DNA of 63,584 bases, the filler included, from Candidatus Babelota bacterium (GTDB lineage: Bacteria; JAGOBX01), in the NCBI GenBank assembly GCA_017999075.1. It is 11 parts of 11 records of this genome, joined end to end, with 100 filler letters (N's around TTAATTAATTAA, not from the genome) between each part and the next. Parts side by side here need not be neighbours in the genome. Positions count along the whole stretch, not along the records: positions 52,302 to 57,893 come from JAGOBX010000268.1; positions 57,994 to 63,584 come from JAGOBX010000269.1; 9 more parts are not named here. One strand, given 5' to 3'. This document shows positions 52,758-62,322 of this stretch, in pieces (position 1 is the first letter of the stretch; every line of letters starts with the position of its first letter). Both the position numbers and the translations under genes were made by a program. The notes under the pieces were generated by a model. The model made no database searches. It was not told the origin of the DNA and was given only the letters and a program-made list of their open reading frames with translations.

Positions 52758-53216
52758 TTAACGCTTGATTTTATCAGCGCTTTCAAGTATTAGCGTAACA
52801 GGACCATCGTTAAATATACCTACTTCCATATACGCCTGAAACACGCCGTATTTTATAATAATATCATTTTTTGTCAAGCAGTAATTTTTCAATTTGTCGA
52901 AAAGTTTTTTTCCTGCAGAAATATCGGCAGCTTCTATAAAATCAGGCCTGTTTCCTCTCATGCAACTGCCGTATAAAGTGAATTGCGGAACTATCAGAAG
53001 CTCTCCTTTAACCTCTTTTAAAGACAGATTCATTTTTCCGGCGGAATCTTCGAAAATTCTGAGATTAACAATTTTTTCTATTGAATATTCAATATCTTTT
53101 ATAGAATCGTCTTTTCTGAATCCTGCAAGAACCAGCAAACCCTGTTTTATTTCATCAATTAAGGTGTCATTTATTTTAACATACGCTGATTTGACTCTCT
53201 GAATAATTGTTTTCAT
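52758..53216 (-). CDS. dtd: D-aminoacyl-tRNA deacylase
   Basis: IQRVK.A.V, LRIFED..GKMN.S, QFTL, NDGPVT. Confidence 0.95.
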   Translation of the reverse strand: MKTIIQRVKSAYVKINDTLIDEIKQGLLVLAGFRKDDSIKDIEYSIEKIVNLRIFEDSAGKMNLSLKEVKGELLIVPQFTLYGSCMRGNRPDFIEAADISAGKKLFDKLKNYCLTKNDIIIKYGVFQAYMEVGIFNDGPVTLILESADKIKR

Positions 53217-53226
53217 ATTTTTTTAA

Positions 53227-53712
53227 TTATTTAAAAATATAGTTTTTAGTGGTGAGTTCGAGCCGTCTGCTTAAAGTGCGTGATAAATTAAACAGAATTT
53301 TTATTGTAGTGGTTTTATTCTTTTTCAGCATAATGTTAAAATGGTGTTTACTTAAAAAATATGCTGTTGTAGGAATAATTGTTCGTACAGTGGCAGTACG
53401 TCTGATATTATCTATTAATGACATTTCTCCGAAATAATTAAGATCGCCGAGAGTTGTAATGATAAATTCTTTTCCTGCATCATTTTTTTTTAAAATATTA
53501 ACGCCGCCGGATTTAATTATATACATTCCGTCTGATTCATCGTTTTCGCTGAAAACAACAGAATCTTTATCAAAATTAATTTCGTTTATTTCAAGAGATA
53601 ACTCTTCAAGATCATGCAGAGACAAATTGTCAAACAATTGAACTTTACTTAAAGTTATGACAGTTTCATCATCTGTTGGTTTTACGCTTAAAAGTGTTTT
53701 GAAGAAATTCAT
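53227..53712 (-). CDS. Stand-alone cyclic-nucleotide-binding domain protein
   Basis: LF..LS, MYIIKSG.V, FGEMSLID..RTATV; no HTH. Confidence 0.85.
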   Translation of the reverse strand: MNFFKTLLSVKPTDDETVITLSKVQLFDNLSLHDLEELSLEINEINFDKDSVVFSENDESDGMYIIKSGGVNILKKNDAGKEFIITTLGDLNYFGEMSLIDNIRRTATVRTIIPTTAYFLSKHHFNIMLKKNKTTTIKILFNLSRTLSRRLELTTKNYIFK

Positions 53713-53724
53713 ATTGATTTCCCC

Positions 53725-54525
53725 TTATCTTTTTTTAATAATATTTTCATAAAATTTTTTATTATCAATTACAATTTCCGATTCAGGACTAAGCAGAACT
53801 AATGAAAAAAGATTTATTCTGTTAATAACGAATAATTGTTCATTGATGTATATATGATTTCCTATTTTATAAACTGATTTAATAATGAAATGCAGATAAA
53901 TGTTATAAAACACATCGCGGAAACCTATAACCATTATTATTGAAATTGATATTATACTGCATTTTGCTATGAAAATGGAACCATTTAAAAAAGTCTGTTC
54001 ATTAATTCCCAATAATGGTAGAGAATAAAAAATTATTCCGAATCCTCCTGAAACAAGAAACAACCATTCGGCCAATCTGTAATATTTAAAGTTTATAAGA
54101 GCAAGGCATATCCTGAATATTTTCGCGAAAAAGTTCAGAATATAATAATTTATGACTATAAATGCAGCAAAAGAAATTAATTGCGACAATAGTTTTATTA
54201 TTGACCATAAAATAAGGGAAATATCTTCAAACCCGAAATTATCAACTATAACGCATAAGGTTATTGTAATAATTATCCAGTAACAGATTTTTGCTATAAT
54301 ACGCGAGGGAACATCTGATATATGATTGGTTATCAATTCGAGAAAACCTATTTTTTCAGCAGCTGCATCAAATTTTGTGATTTTTAGAATTCCTGCGATA
54401 GATAGGTAGATTAGTTTTGCTATAATCAAACCTATAATCAGTATTAGTACTGAATCAACGTATATCGGCAATTCAGTATTGAATGAATACATAAGATTAT
54501 TTATGTTTAAAACAAGTTTATCCAT
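53725..54525 (-). CDS. CmpX/MscS-like membrane protein
   Basis: Repeated TM helices (ILIIGLIIAK, PSRIIAKICYW), FRD...N, Y.IG..I short cytoplasmic beta domain. Confidence 0.65.
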   Translation of the reverse strand: MDKLVLNINNLMYSFNTELPIYVDSVLILIIGLIIAKLIYLSIAGILKITKFDAAAEKIGFLELITNHISDVPSRIIAKICYWIIITITLCVIVDNFGFEDISLILWSIIKLLSQLISFAAFIVINYYILNFFAKIFRICLALINFKYYRLAEWLFLVSGGFGIIFYSLPLLGINEQTFLNGSIFIAKCSIISISIIMVIGFRDVFYNIYLHFIIKSVYKIGNHIYINEQLFVINRINLFSLVLLSPESEIVIDNKKFYENIIKKR

Positions 54526-54548
54526 GTAACATTTCCTCCGAAATTAAA

Positions 54549-55961
54549 TTATTTGTCAATTTCAATTTTATTTCCGTTAGAAGAAACCTCTATATCCCCG
54601 TCTTCATCAGTCCTATAAATATTTTTCATTATTTTTTTGAGACGTTTGTAAGTTGACGGATGGGGATGATGAAATTTATTGCCTGCTCCTACTTGAATTA
54701 TTCCGTATGATGGTTTGACTTTATCAAGAAATTTTTGGGATGAAGAAGTTTTGCTCCCGTGATGCCCTACTTTTAAAACATCAGAATTTAATGAATTTCC
54801 GAATTTTTTTACTAATTCTTCTTCGCAATCCTCTTCCAAATCTCCGGTAAACAGAAATACATTATTCTTATATTTCATTTGAATTACAATGGACGCATTG
54901 TTTATATTGTCGTAATATTTCCCTTTTGCAGGATGCAGTATTTTTACTGATATATCCTTATCCCATTTAAATTCATCATCGCGTTTTGGAGTTTCATAAC
55001 CAATATCGTTTTTTTTAATTTGTTTAAGTATTTCTTTATAAGTGCGGGTTGTAGAAGGATGACCCGAATCGAAAACTTTTATTACTTTAATTCTTTTAAA
55101 CAAGTTTAGAGTTCCTTCGATATGATCTTTGTGAGGATGCGTTAAAACAAGTGTATCAATTTTTTTTATTTTATTTTTTTCTAATATATCAGCTATTTTA
55201 TCACCGTCTTTAGGAGTTTTTCCTGTATCTATAACAAAACATTTTTTTGATGGAGTTATAATTATCTGCGCGTCGCCCTGACCAACGTCAACATAAATGA
55301 TTTTAATTTTTTTTCCTGTTTTTTCTCCTGAAACAGAACTTGTTTTTTTTGTTGTTCCGGAAGATTTTCCGAATATGTCTTGAGCGTCTTTGATTTCAAA
55401 ATCGTCTGAAACTTCAGATTGAGTTTTTATTGGTTCCTGTTCTGTTTCTTCCTGAGAAATATCATCTGAATCATCAGAATCAGTTTTCTGGACGGTTTCT
55501 GCGGTTGCGGCAGAAGTGCCTTGATTGTCTTGTTGAATGAACTGCTGATCAGGAATTTTTGGAGAAGAAGACGAACTTTCGGTTAATTTCTGAAACTGCG
55601 GTTTATAGTAAGAGGTATAATACTTAAATCCGGCAAATCCTATGATCAGTATAAAAACAGCTATTAATCCTGACAATATTATGTTTTTGCTTTTTGAAGG
55701 TTCTGCTATTTCAGGAGAAGAAGATTCTTTTCCGAACAATTCGAATGCAGTTAAGCTGATTGTAGAAATATCCTGCTCATCAACAGTATAAAAAAATATC
55801 TGAAAATCAAAAGAACCGGTCATTACCGGATAAACATCTGATGATTTAAACTGAGGAAGTTTTTCTTTTAATAACTGAATTTTTTTTTCAGATCCTTTGT
55901 ATAAAACCCGCGTTTTCCCGATTTTAATCTGAGGATCTATTATCCAACGTTTATTTTCCAT
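54549..55961 (-). CDS. Membrane-anchored ComEC/Rec2-type metallo-beta-lactamase-fold hydrolase
   Basis: DVGQGDA, IDTG, THPHKDH, NNAS.V, FTGD, KVGHHGS, HPH, YRTDEDG; single TM and acidic linker. Confidence 0.85.
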   Translation of the reverse strand: MENKRWIIDPQIKIGKTRVLYKGSEKKIQLLKEKLPQFKSSDVYPVMTGSFDFQIFFYTVDEQDISTISLTAFELFGKESSSPEIAEPSKSKNIILSGLIAVFILIIGFAGFKYYTSYYKPQFQKLTESSSSSPKIPDQQFIQQDNQGTSAATAETVQKTDSDDSDDISQEETEQEPIKTQSEVSDDFEIKDAQDIFGKSSGTTKKTSSVSGEKTGKKIKIIYVDVGQGDAQIIITPSKKCFVIDTGKTPKDGDKIADILEKNKIKKIDTLVLTHPHKDHIEGTLNLFKRIKVIKVFDSGHPSTTRTYKEILKQIKKNDIGYETPKRDDEFKWDKDISVKILHPAKGKYYDNINNASIVIQMKYKNNVFLFTGDLEEDCEEELVKKFGNSLNSDVLKVGHHGSKTSSSQKFLDKVKPSYGIIQVGAGNKFHHPHPSTYKRLKKIMKNIYRTDEDGDIEVSSNGNKIEIDK

Positions 55962-56025
55962 AAATTAAACAATATTATAATTATCAATTGAATAATTTCA
56001 AGATTTTTTATATAATAAATACAGC

Positions 56026-56887
56026 CATGAAAAATTTTGAACCTTTTGTAGATGTAATAATAACAACTTTTAACAGACCGGGCTTTTTAGAAGAGTCGAT
56101 TGAAAGCGTTGAAAATCAAACTTACGGAAATATAAATATCATAATTGTTGATGACGGTTCGGAAAAACAGATTAAATTATTTCCTTCTTTGAAAAAAAGA
56201 AAAAAAAATATATATTATATTTATCAGAATAATTCAGGTATAAGTTCTGCAAGGAATACAGGAATAAAGTTAAGCAAATCGAAATATATTGCGTTTCTTG
56301 ACGATGATGATTTATGGGTTAAAAATAAAGTTGAAAAGCAAATGAATATTTTACTGAATACAGAATACAGTGTTTGTTATACAAATGAGAAGTGGATGAG
56401 AAATGGAAAACATCTTAACCAGCACAAAAAACATCAGAAATATTCAGGAGATATTTTTGATAAAGTTTTAAGTTTATGCATAATAAGTCCGTCATCAATT
56501 CTTTTGGAAAAAAAAGTGTTTGACACAATTGGAATGTTTGACACTGACTTCGAGGTATGCGAGGATTATGAGTTATGGCTGCGCCTTGCACTGAAGTATA
56601 AAATATATTTTTTAGATGAACCTTTGATAATAAAACAGGGCGGTCACAATGATCAGTTATCCAGAAAACTGCCTGTTATGGACAGTTTCAGAATAGATGC
56701 TTTAAAAAAATTACTTGATAATTATAATTCTTCAATGGATTCATATAAAATAAAAATAGTGATTGCCGAACTTGAAAAAAAAAGTAGAATAATTATTAAT
56801 GGCTGTATAAAACGCGGGCTTAACGATGAAATTGAAAAATATGAACGAATTATTAAAAGTTGTAAGGCAAAATACGGATTATTGTAA
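56026..56887 (+). CDS. GT2 glycosyltransferase
   Basis: VIITTFNR, VDDGS, G.SSARN.G, FLDDDD.W, CEDYELWLR, K.GGH.DQLS (ORF track starts at 55988). Confidence 0.9.
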
Positions 56888-57779
56888 AAATTCCGGCGAC
56901 CATAAAATTTTATCAGGGAAATACAGTTTTTCTATTTTTGATGCTGAAAAATTCACGGAATATATAGAAATTACCGGATTTCCGGTAATTGAAAATAAGA
57001 ATGAATATATTCCGCTAATAGGTTTTAAAAATTATAATTTGAACGAAATCCGCATTTTCAGGATATTAAACAGTATTCTGACTCCTGAACATCATTTGTA
57101 TATGCTGAATTATGAATTTGAAAAATTCGGGCTTAAAAATCCTGTTATAACTGCTGAACTTATAAAATATTATAATTCTGAAGTAGGCAGTTCAGGATTA
57201 CACGAATATATGAAATTCAATAATATAAAACCTGTTAAAGAAAACCTTGAATTTTTTTTATGGCTTGCAGATGAAACCGAATATGTGAAAAAAATGCTGA
57301 TTGAAACAAATCTGTCAAAAGATATTATTGAACTGCTTAGAAATCTTAGCAGGGAAATACAGATTTTTTTATTGGAATTATTTGTGAAAATCAATTTATC
57401 TCTGAATGATAAAAAACATGCTGTAAATTATATTTTCGATTTAGTTCAGTCTGGCAAAACAGATATTGAAAAAATTATTAATGAAATAAATTGTTTGACA
57501 TTTGAAAAGCAGACCGCTCCAGTTAAAATACTGGATTATTTGAAAAAATTAAGATTTCCTGTTTTGTCAGGGTTAATCCTTGAAAAAGACGAAATTGTAA
57601 ATAAGCTGAATACCGGTAAAATAAAGTTTGAATACGATAAAACATTTGAATCTCCGGGAATTAGCTGCAAAATTAAATTAGAAAAATCGGAAGATACCGA
57701 AACAATAATTGAATATTTTCGTGAAAAAAAATTTTTGATAGAAAAATTTTTGGATGTAAATGAACAAAAATTATTTTGA
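56826..57779 (+). CDS. Hypothetical protein, possibly degenerate ParB-like
   Basis: Long ORF overlapping the GT2 end; P.I.....PLIGFK loosely recalls the ParB-N GxRR region; LKKLRFP C-terminal motif. Confidence 0.4.
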   Translation: MKLKNMNELLKVVRQNTDYCKNSGDHKILSGKYSFSIFDAEKFTEYIEITGFPVIENKNEYIPLIGFKNYNLNEIRIFRILNSILTPEHHLYMLNYEFEKFGLKNPVITAELIKYYNSEVGSSGLHEYMKFNNIKPVKENLEFFLWLADETEYVKKMLIETNLSKDIIELLRNLSREIQIFLLELFVKINLSLNDKKHAVNYIFDLVQSGKTDIEKIINEINCLTFEKQTAPVKILDYLKKLRFPVLSGLILEKDEIVNKLNTGKIKFEYDKTFESPGISCKIKLEKSEDTETIIEYFREKKFLIEKFLDVNEQKLF

Positions 57780-57893
57780 TGCACTGAAGTTATCTTTGAT
57801 TTACGGAACTGTTTCGCTGATATGGATTTTTGGTTCAAATGCAGTTGTATCTGAATTGATGAATCGATATCCGGGATTTATTTGGATATCTGC
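57760..57893 (+). CDS. N-terminal TM of a probable membrane sensor (kinase/GGDEF/HD-GYP type), truncated
   Basis: LSLIY...SLIWIFGS resembles the 'IxxxYxxxxxLWIxxSD' sensor start. Confidence 0.4.
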
Positions 57894-57993
57894 NNNNNNN
57901 NNNNNNNNNNNNNNNNNNNNNNNNNNNNNNNNNNNNNTTAATTAATTAANNNNNNNNNNNNNNNNNNNNNNNNNNNNNNNNNNNNNNNNNNNN
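57894..57993. other. Artificial contig spacer
   Basis: N44-TTAATTAATTAA-N44. Confidence 0.99.
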
Positions 57994-58232
57994 ATATCAG
58001 TTATATCAAATGAAACTTTAATAATAACCGATTTTAAAACAAAAATAAAAAATATTATAAAAAAAAATATTTTTTTTGCTGGGATTTTAAAACAAGATTT
58101 TATTTTTTCTATAAATTCATCAATAATAAAAAAAACACTGTTAAAAAATCTATTTTCAAGATTACCTGAATTATTTACATTAAATATTCTCAATAATATT
58201 ATAAAAAGTATAATATTTAAAATTGAATCCAC
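57994..58232 (-). CDS. Partial membrane protein (YggT-like?)
   Basis: GTG start with AAGGA upstream; IILLRI...N.F...F..I.E pattern; truncated. Confidence 0.3.
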
Positions 58233-58265
58233 AAAATTAAATTATCCTTATTATCACGAAAGCGG

Positions 58266-59621
58266 TTAAATCTCAAAATGATAAGATTGGACATATTCTA
58301 TTTTCCCGTTAGCATCAAAAACAGCAGAATCTGTTTTTCTGTGCAGTTTTACTTGTTCCCGGTTGATATGTACTATTCTTATGTTATAAGAAATATTGGG
58401 TGCGTCAGGTGTCAATACATTAAAATTTTTCTTCATTATCTTTTTATCCTGAACAAAAATAAAATCAAATACATTCATCCCCAAAATTTTTTCTTTAGTC
58501 ATTCCAAAATATTTGCAAAATGATTCGTTTACAAATAATATTTTACCATCAGAAGTAAACCTTGACATCAGCAGAGGCATGTTTTCAACAACAGTTTTAT
58601 ATAATTTTTCAGATTCTTTCAGATAGTCGTCCTCAAGCAATTTATCTGAAATCAGACGTATAATTCCAACAGTTCCAATAAAATTATTTTTTTCTGTTTT
58701 AGTGTTCATCAAATAATGACCTGCAGAAGAAACTTCTCCCCATGATATTACGTTTCCAAGTTTTTCACGTCTAATCGAATCTTCTTTTATTATCAAATCT
58801 TTTTTATTGGTTTTATCAATAAACCTTATTTGCAGATTTGATGTTTTTCTATCGCCGCTTCTTCTTTCATCAAAAAGTTTAGGAGAATTTTTATCACCGG
58901 TAAAAATTCCTTTATATTTCGGCAAAATATAGAATCTCGAAACTTTTTTTATATCATCAGGATGTATTATTAAACTAAAATGTTTTCCTATTAAATCAGC
59001 CGGATCATATCCCAGAGTTTTAATTGAATCATTCAAATAAGTAAATTGCCCTTTTTCATCAAGTTTATAGATTATATCCGGCAAAGAATCCATAAGATTC
59101 TTATAGCTTTGTCTATTTTTCTCAAGTAAAATTTGATTAACTTTATTCTCGGTAATATCCCGAATCATTAAAAAAATTAATTTATTGTTTTGAATATACA
59201 ATTGATTAATACTTATTTCCACAGATTTAAGAACACCTGTTTTACTCTTAAACTCTGCAGAATAAGATAATTTTTTCTTGCGGGAAAGATCGTTTATATG
59301 ATTTAAAAATTTTTCTTGCGAAGATTCGAATTCAAAATCATAAATATACTTATCAATTATTTCGCAGCCGTCATATTCAAGAATATCGCATAACGCATCA
59401 TTAATAAATTGTATCTGTCCTGTTTCGCTAATAATTGCAAAACCTTCCATTGTCGCCGTTAAAATAACATTTTTCTCAGCAAGCTGCTTACTTAACTTTT
59501 TAAGAAGTTTTTTTTTTTCAGTGCCGCAAGACGCAATTTTTTCCTGAAGTTCTGCGCATTTAATTTCAAGCTTATGAATATATTTTTTCAGTTCAATAAC
59601 ATTTCCGTCATTTTTTTCCAT
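58266..59621 (-). CDS. Cytoplasmic multi-PAS protein without output domain
   Basis: N-terminal coiled coil and three PAS S-boxes (IQFINDALC.ILEY..RDITE; FTYLND..LGY..LIGK..HPDD; ILFVNESFC..FG). Confidence 0.8.
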   Translation of the reverse strand: MEKNDGNVIELKKYIHKLEIKCAELQEKIASCGTEKKKLLKKLSKQLAEKNVILTATMEGFAIISETGQIQFINDALCDILEYDGCEIIDKYIYDFEFESSQEKFLNHINDLSRKKKLSYSAEFKSKTGVLKSVEISINQLYIQNNKLIFLMIRDITENKVNQILLEKNRQSYKNLMDSLPDIIYKLDEKGQFTYLNDSIKTLGYDPADLIGKHFSLIIHPDDIKKVSRFYILPKYKGIFTGDKNSPKLFDERRSGDRKTSNLQIRFIDKTNKKDLIIKEDSIRREKLGNVISWGEVSSAGHYLMNTKTEKNNFIGTVGIIRLISDKLLEDDYLKESEKLYKTVVENMPLLMSRFTSDGKILFVNESFCKYFGMTKEKILGMNVFDFIFVQDKKIMKKNFNVLTPDAPNISYNIRIVHINREQVKLHRKTDSAVFDANGKIEYVQSYHFEI

Positions 59622-59648
59622 ATTTCTATGAAAAGATATTATAATACG

Positions 59649-62192
59649 TTAATATTTATATGAAAAACTCACTTTGAATTTATTATCAGTTTTTTCACCA
59701 AACGCATATTCTCTTCTATCAGGTCTAATACTTGCAGAAAATGCTATTTCTCCGTTATCTTTCATAATTTTTTTTGCAACACGGAAATTAAAAAAGATAT
59801 AGCTTGCAACAGATTCAGTGCTTTCATTTTGCGACGAAGCAGCAAGAGCGCTGCCGAACCCTGCTCTGGCTGACTGCTGAGCATTAATTTTATCCGCATT
59901 TATCTGCGCGTCTGCCTGAGCGCTCGTCATACCTGCTCCGCCAAATCCTACAGGAGCCATAAGAAAAGCTTTATATCCTGTAAGCAACGCAGCGTTCTGC
60001 GTATAAAACCCAAAAAATGCAGCTTCATTTTTATTTAACCCTGCCACATCTGCTCCCATAGCATTATAAAATCCAACAGCTAAAGGACTAATTGACGAAA
60101 ATGCAGCAGAACTTGTAACTATATACGAATTGTAAACATTGCTGTAAGGTTTTCCTACAGCTCTTTCTGATATTAAAGTATTATTGTTTCCTGCTGCAGT
60201 AATAGTCTGAAGCAATGTTTGATCCATAATATTAGTTAAAGTAACTTCAGACGAACTCACAAAATTTCCGGATGCTGAAAACACCCAACCGTTTTTCATA
60301 TAACGAGTTACTCCTAAAGACGCCAAATGCTGAGGAGCAGCTTTAGTTGTTTTATCCTGAAATTTACTGTTCTGATAAGAATAATTGCTCCATACTTTAT
60401 AATCTTTAGACGGGTTATAACTCATAGAAAGTTCCAATCCTGTAGATTTAAAAGTCCCATCTAAATTAACAGTTTGCAAATCTACCCCTGATGAAGTATT
60501 GAAATCAGAATGCAAAGCCACTGCAGCAGGCGAATCAGATACATTTAAACTATAACCTATAACATCTTTTGTTCTGTAATGATATAAATTAGCGTCAAAA
60601 TTAATTTTTTTCATTAAAACTGTAGAATATCCCAACTCAACAGATTTTATAGTCATAGGATTTAAATTTTCATTTGGCAATAATCTTATTATCGGAGCCA
60701 GTCTGTTATCTGCTGTTATACCGTCTGACATTTGAGCGTTCGTAAACAAATCAGCAATAAAAGGAGCGCGAATAGCCTGAGAATATATCAATCTATAAGT
60801 CTGATTTTCTTTAGGGGTATAAAATAATATAGTTTGAGGAGAAAGTCTTGCTTTATCAGGCGTATCAAATTTATCATATCTTGTTCCCAAAACCCATTTG
60901 ACTTTATCAGAAAATTTATATTCATTATTGAAAAAAGCAGCAATAAATTTTTGTGATTTTTCCTGATAATCTCTGAAATATACATCGTCTGATCTGCTTT
61001 CTGATTTACGCCATTCAATACCTGCAACTAAAATATCTTTGTCATTTATATTAAAAATATTCTGAACATCTAGATCTAACGAGTTCCAACTCATTCCATC
61101 CTGTTCATCTCCATCAGTTATTTCAGTAAATGCCGCACCTGTATATTTATCAGGTTTAATTTCAGTATATAACGGATTTTCATAAATTGTCCCTAACTGC
61201 CCCCATATATTTGATAACGCAATTTTCAAATCATTATTATAATAAGTGAATTTAACCACGTTGTTTTCCAAATTATCGTAGCCTACAAGAAGTAAATCTC
61301 CTGAAGTACCAGCCATATTAGCTTTGCCTTTACTGTGACCTATCTGCATAGTCATTTTCTTGTTATCATTAATCAGATATCTTGAAAAAAATGAAACTTT
61401 ATAATTTTCCAAGGCTTCATCATTAACGCCTTTATAATCAGCATTAGAAAGACCTGAACTTGCAAGTATCGATTCTCTATATTTATAAATATGATTAGTA
61501 TGATCATACGAAAAATTATCTTCAGTTGATTTTTTATTCATCTCAGCAGTAAGCCGGAATGCAAATTTTTTAAAACTGTCTGAAACCTTTATAGAATTTT
61601 TATATGAATTGTTTATTCCTAATGAAGCAGTAAATCCGAATTCTTTTGTATTCTGAAAATCTTTTGTTATAATATTTATAACTCCTGTTACGGCATTTGC
61701 ACCGAACAAAGCTGATGAAGGTCCTCTTACAACTTCTATTCGTTCTATATCATCAACAGTTACAGGTAAAAATTCCCAAAATGTTCCGCCGAATATATCA
61801 TTAAAATATGATCTGCCGTCAATCATAACAAGTATATTTCTTGAATAAACTGCAAGCGCTCCTGCCTGTTTCGGAACATTTATCATACCGCGTATAGCAA
61901 CATCCTGCTGTCCCCCTGTTGTTTCCTGAACATATACTCCGGGAACCATACGAAGAACTTCAGCAATACTCTGGCATCCTGAAACCTTTATTTCTTCGGC
62001 GCTTATTACAGAAATAGCTACTGAAGCTTCACTTAATTTCTGAGCGCGTTTAGACGCTGATACTACAATCTGTTCTTCCATTTTAAAAAAAGCTTCTTCG
62101 CTTGAATCATCGTAACTTATATCTGATGCGACCACAGCGAGGGTATTAAAAACAAAAATCAAAATAAATACAAAAAATTTTTTTAAAAACAT
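59649..62192 (-). CDS. TonB-dependent receptor
   Basis: Signal peptide after a GAGGTG RBS; TonB box IVVSAS; plug LRMVPG, IRG, VMIDGR, DIERIEVVRGPSSALFGANAVTGVINIITK; barrel with C-terminal FSYKY. Confidence 0.9.
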   Translation of the reverse strand: MFLKKFFVFILIFVFNTLAVVASDISYDDSSEEAFFKMEEQIVVSASKRAQKLSEASVAISVISAEEIKVSGCQSIAEVLRMVPGVYVQETTGGQQDVAIRGMINVPKQAGALAVYSRNILVMIDGRSYFNDIFGGTFWEFLPVTVDDIERIEVVRGPSSALFGANAVTGVINIITKDFQNTKEFGFTASLGINNSYKNSIKVSDSFKKFAFRLTAEMNKKSTEDNFSYDHTNHIYKYRESILASSGLSNADYKGVNDEALENYKVSFFSRYLINDNKKMTMQIGHSKGKANMAGTSGDLLLVGYDNLENNVVKFTYYNNDLKIALSNIWGQLGTIYENPLYTEIKPDKYTGAAFTEITDGDEQDGMSWNSLDLDVQNIFNINDKDILVAGIEWRKSESRSDDVYFRDYQEKSQKFIAAFFNNEYKFSDKVKWVLGTRYDKFDTPDKARLSPQTILFYTPKENQTYRLIYSQAIRAPFIADLFTNAQMSDGITADNRLAPIIRLLPNENLNPMTIKSVELGYSTVLMKKINFDANLYHYRTKDVIGYSLNVSDSPAAVALHSDFNTSSGVDLQTVNLDGTFKSTGLELSMSYNPSKDYKVWSNYSYQNSKFQDKTTKAAPQHLASLGVTRYMKNGWVFSASGNFVSSSEVTLTNIMDQTLLQTITAAGNNNTLISERAVGKPYSNVYNSYIVTSSAAFSSISPLAVGFYNAMGADVAGLNKNEAAFFGFYTQNAALLTGYKAFLMAPVGFGGAGMTSAQADAQINADKINAQQSARAGFGSALAASSQNESTESVASYIFFNFRVAKKIMKDNGEIAFSASIRPDRREYAFGEKTDNKFKVSFSYKY

Positions 62193-62322
62193 TTTACACA
62201 CCTCTTACGAACTAATATTTCACCATTTTTTTTATTTTAAATTTAATATATTTATTATAGATTATTTTATTTAAAAAACAAGATTTAATTTTTATAAAAT
62301 TCAAATCAATAATTTCATCATA

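Noticed and set aside
5770-57993. Regularly spaced TTAATTAATTAA palindromes flanked by N runs, resembling a repeat system
   Set aside because: Artificial six-frame-stop linker; the ~5.7-kb periodicity reflects contigs sorted by length.
59649-62192. TonB receptor as BtuB serving cobS/cbiR
   Set aside because: On a different contig, no cobalamin riboswitch upstream, and substrate cannot be inferred from the sequence.
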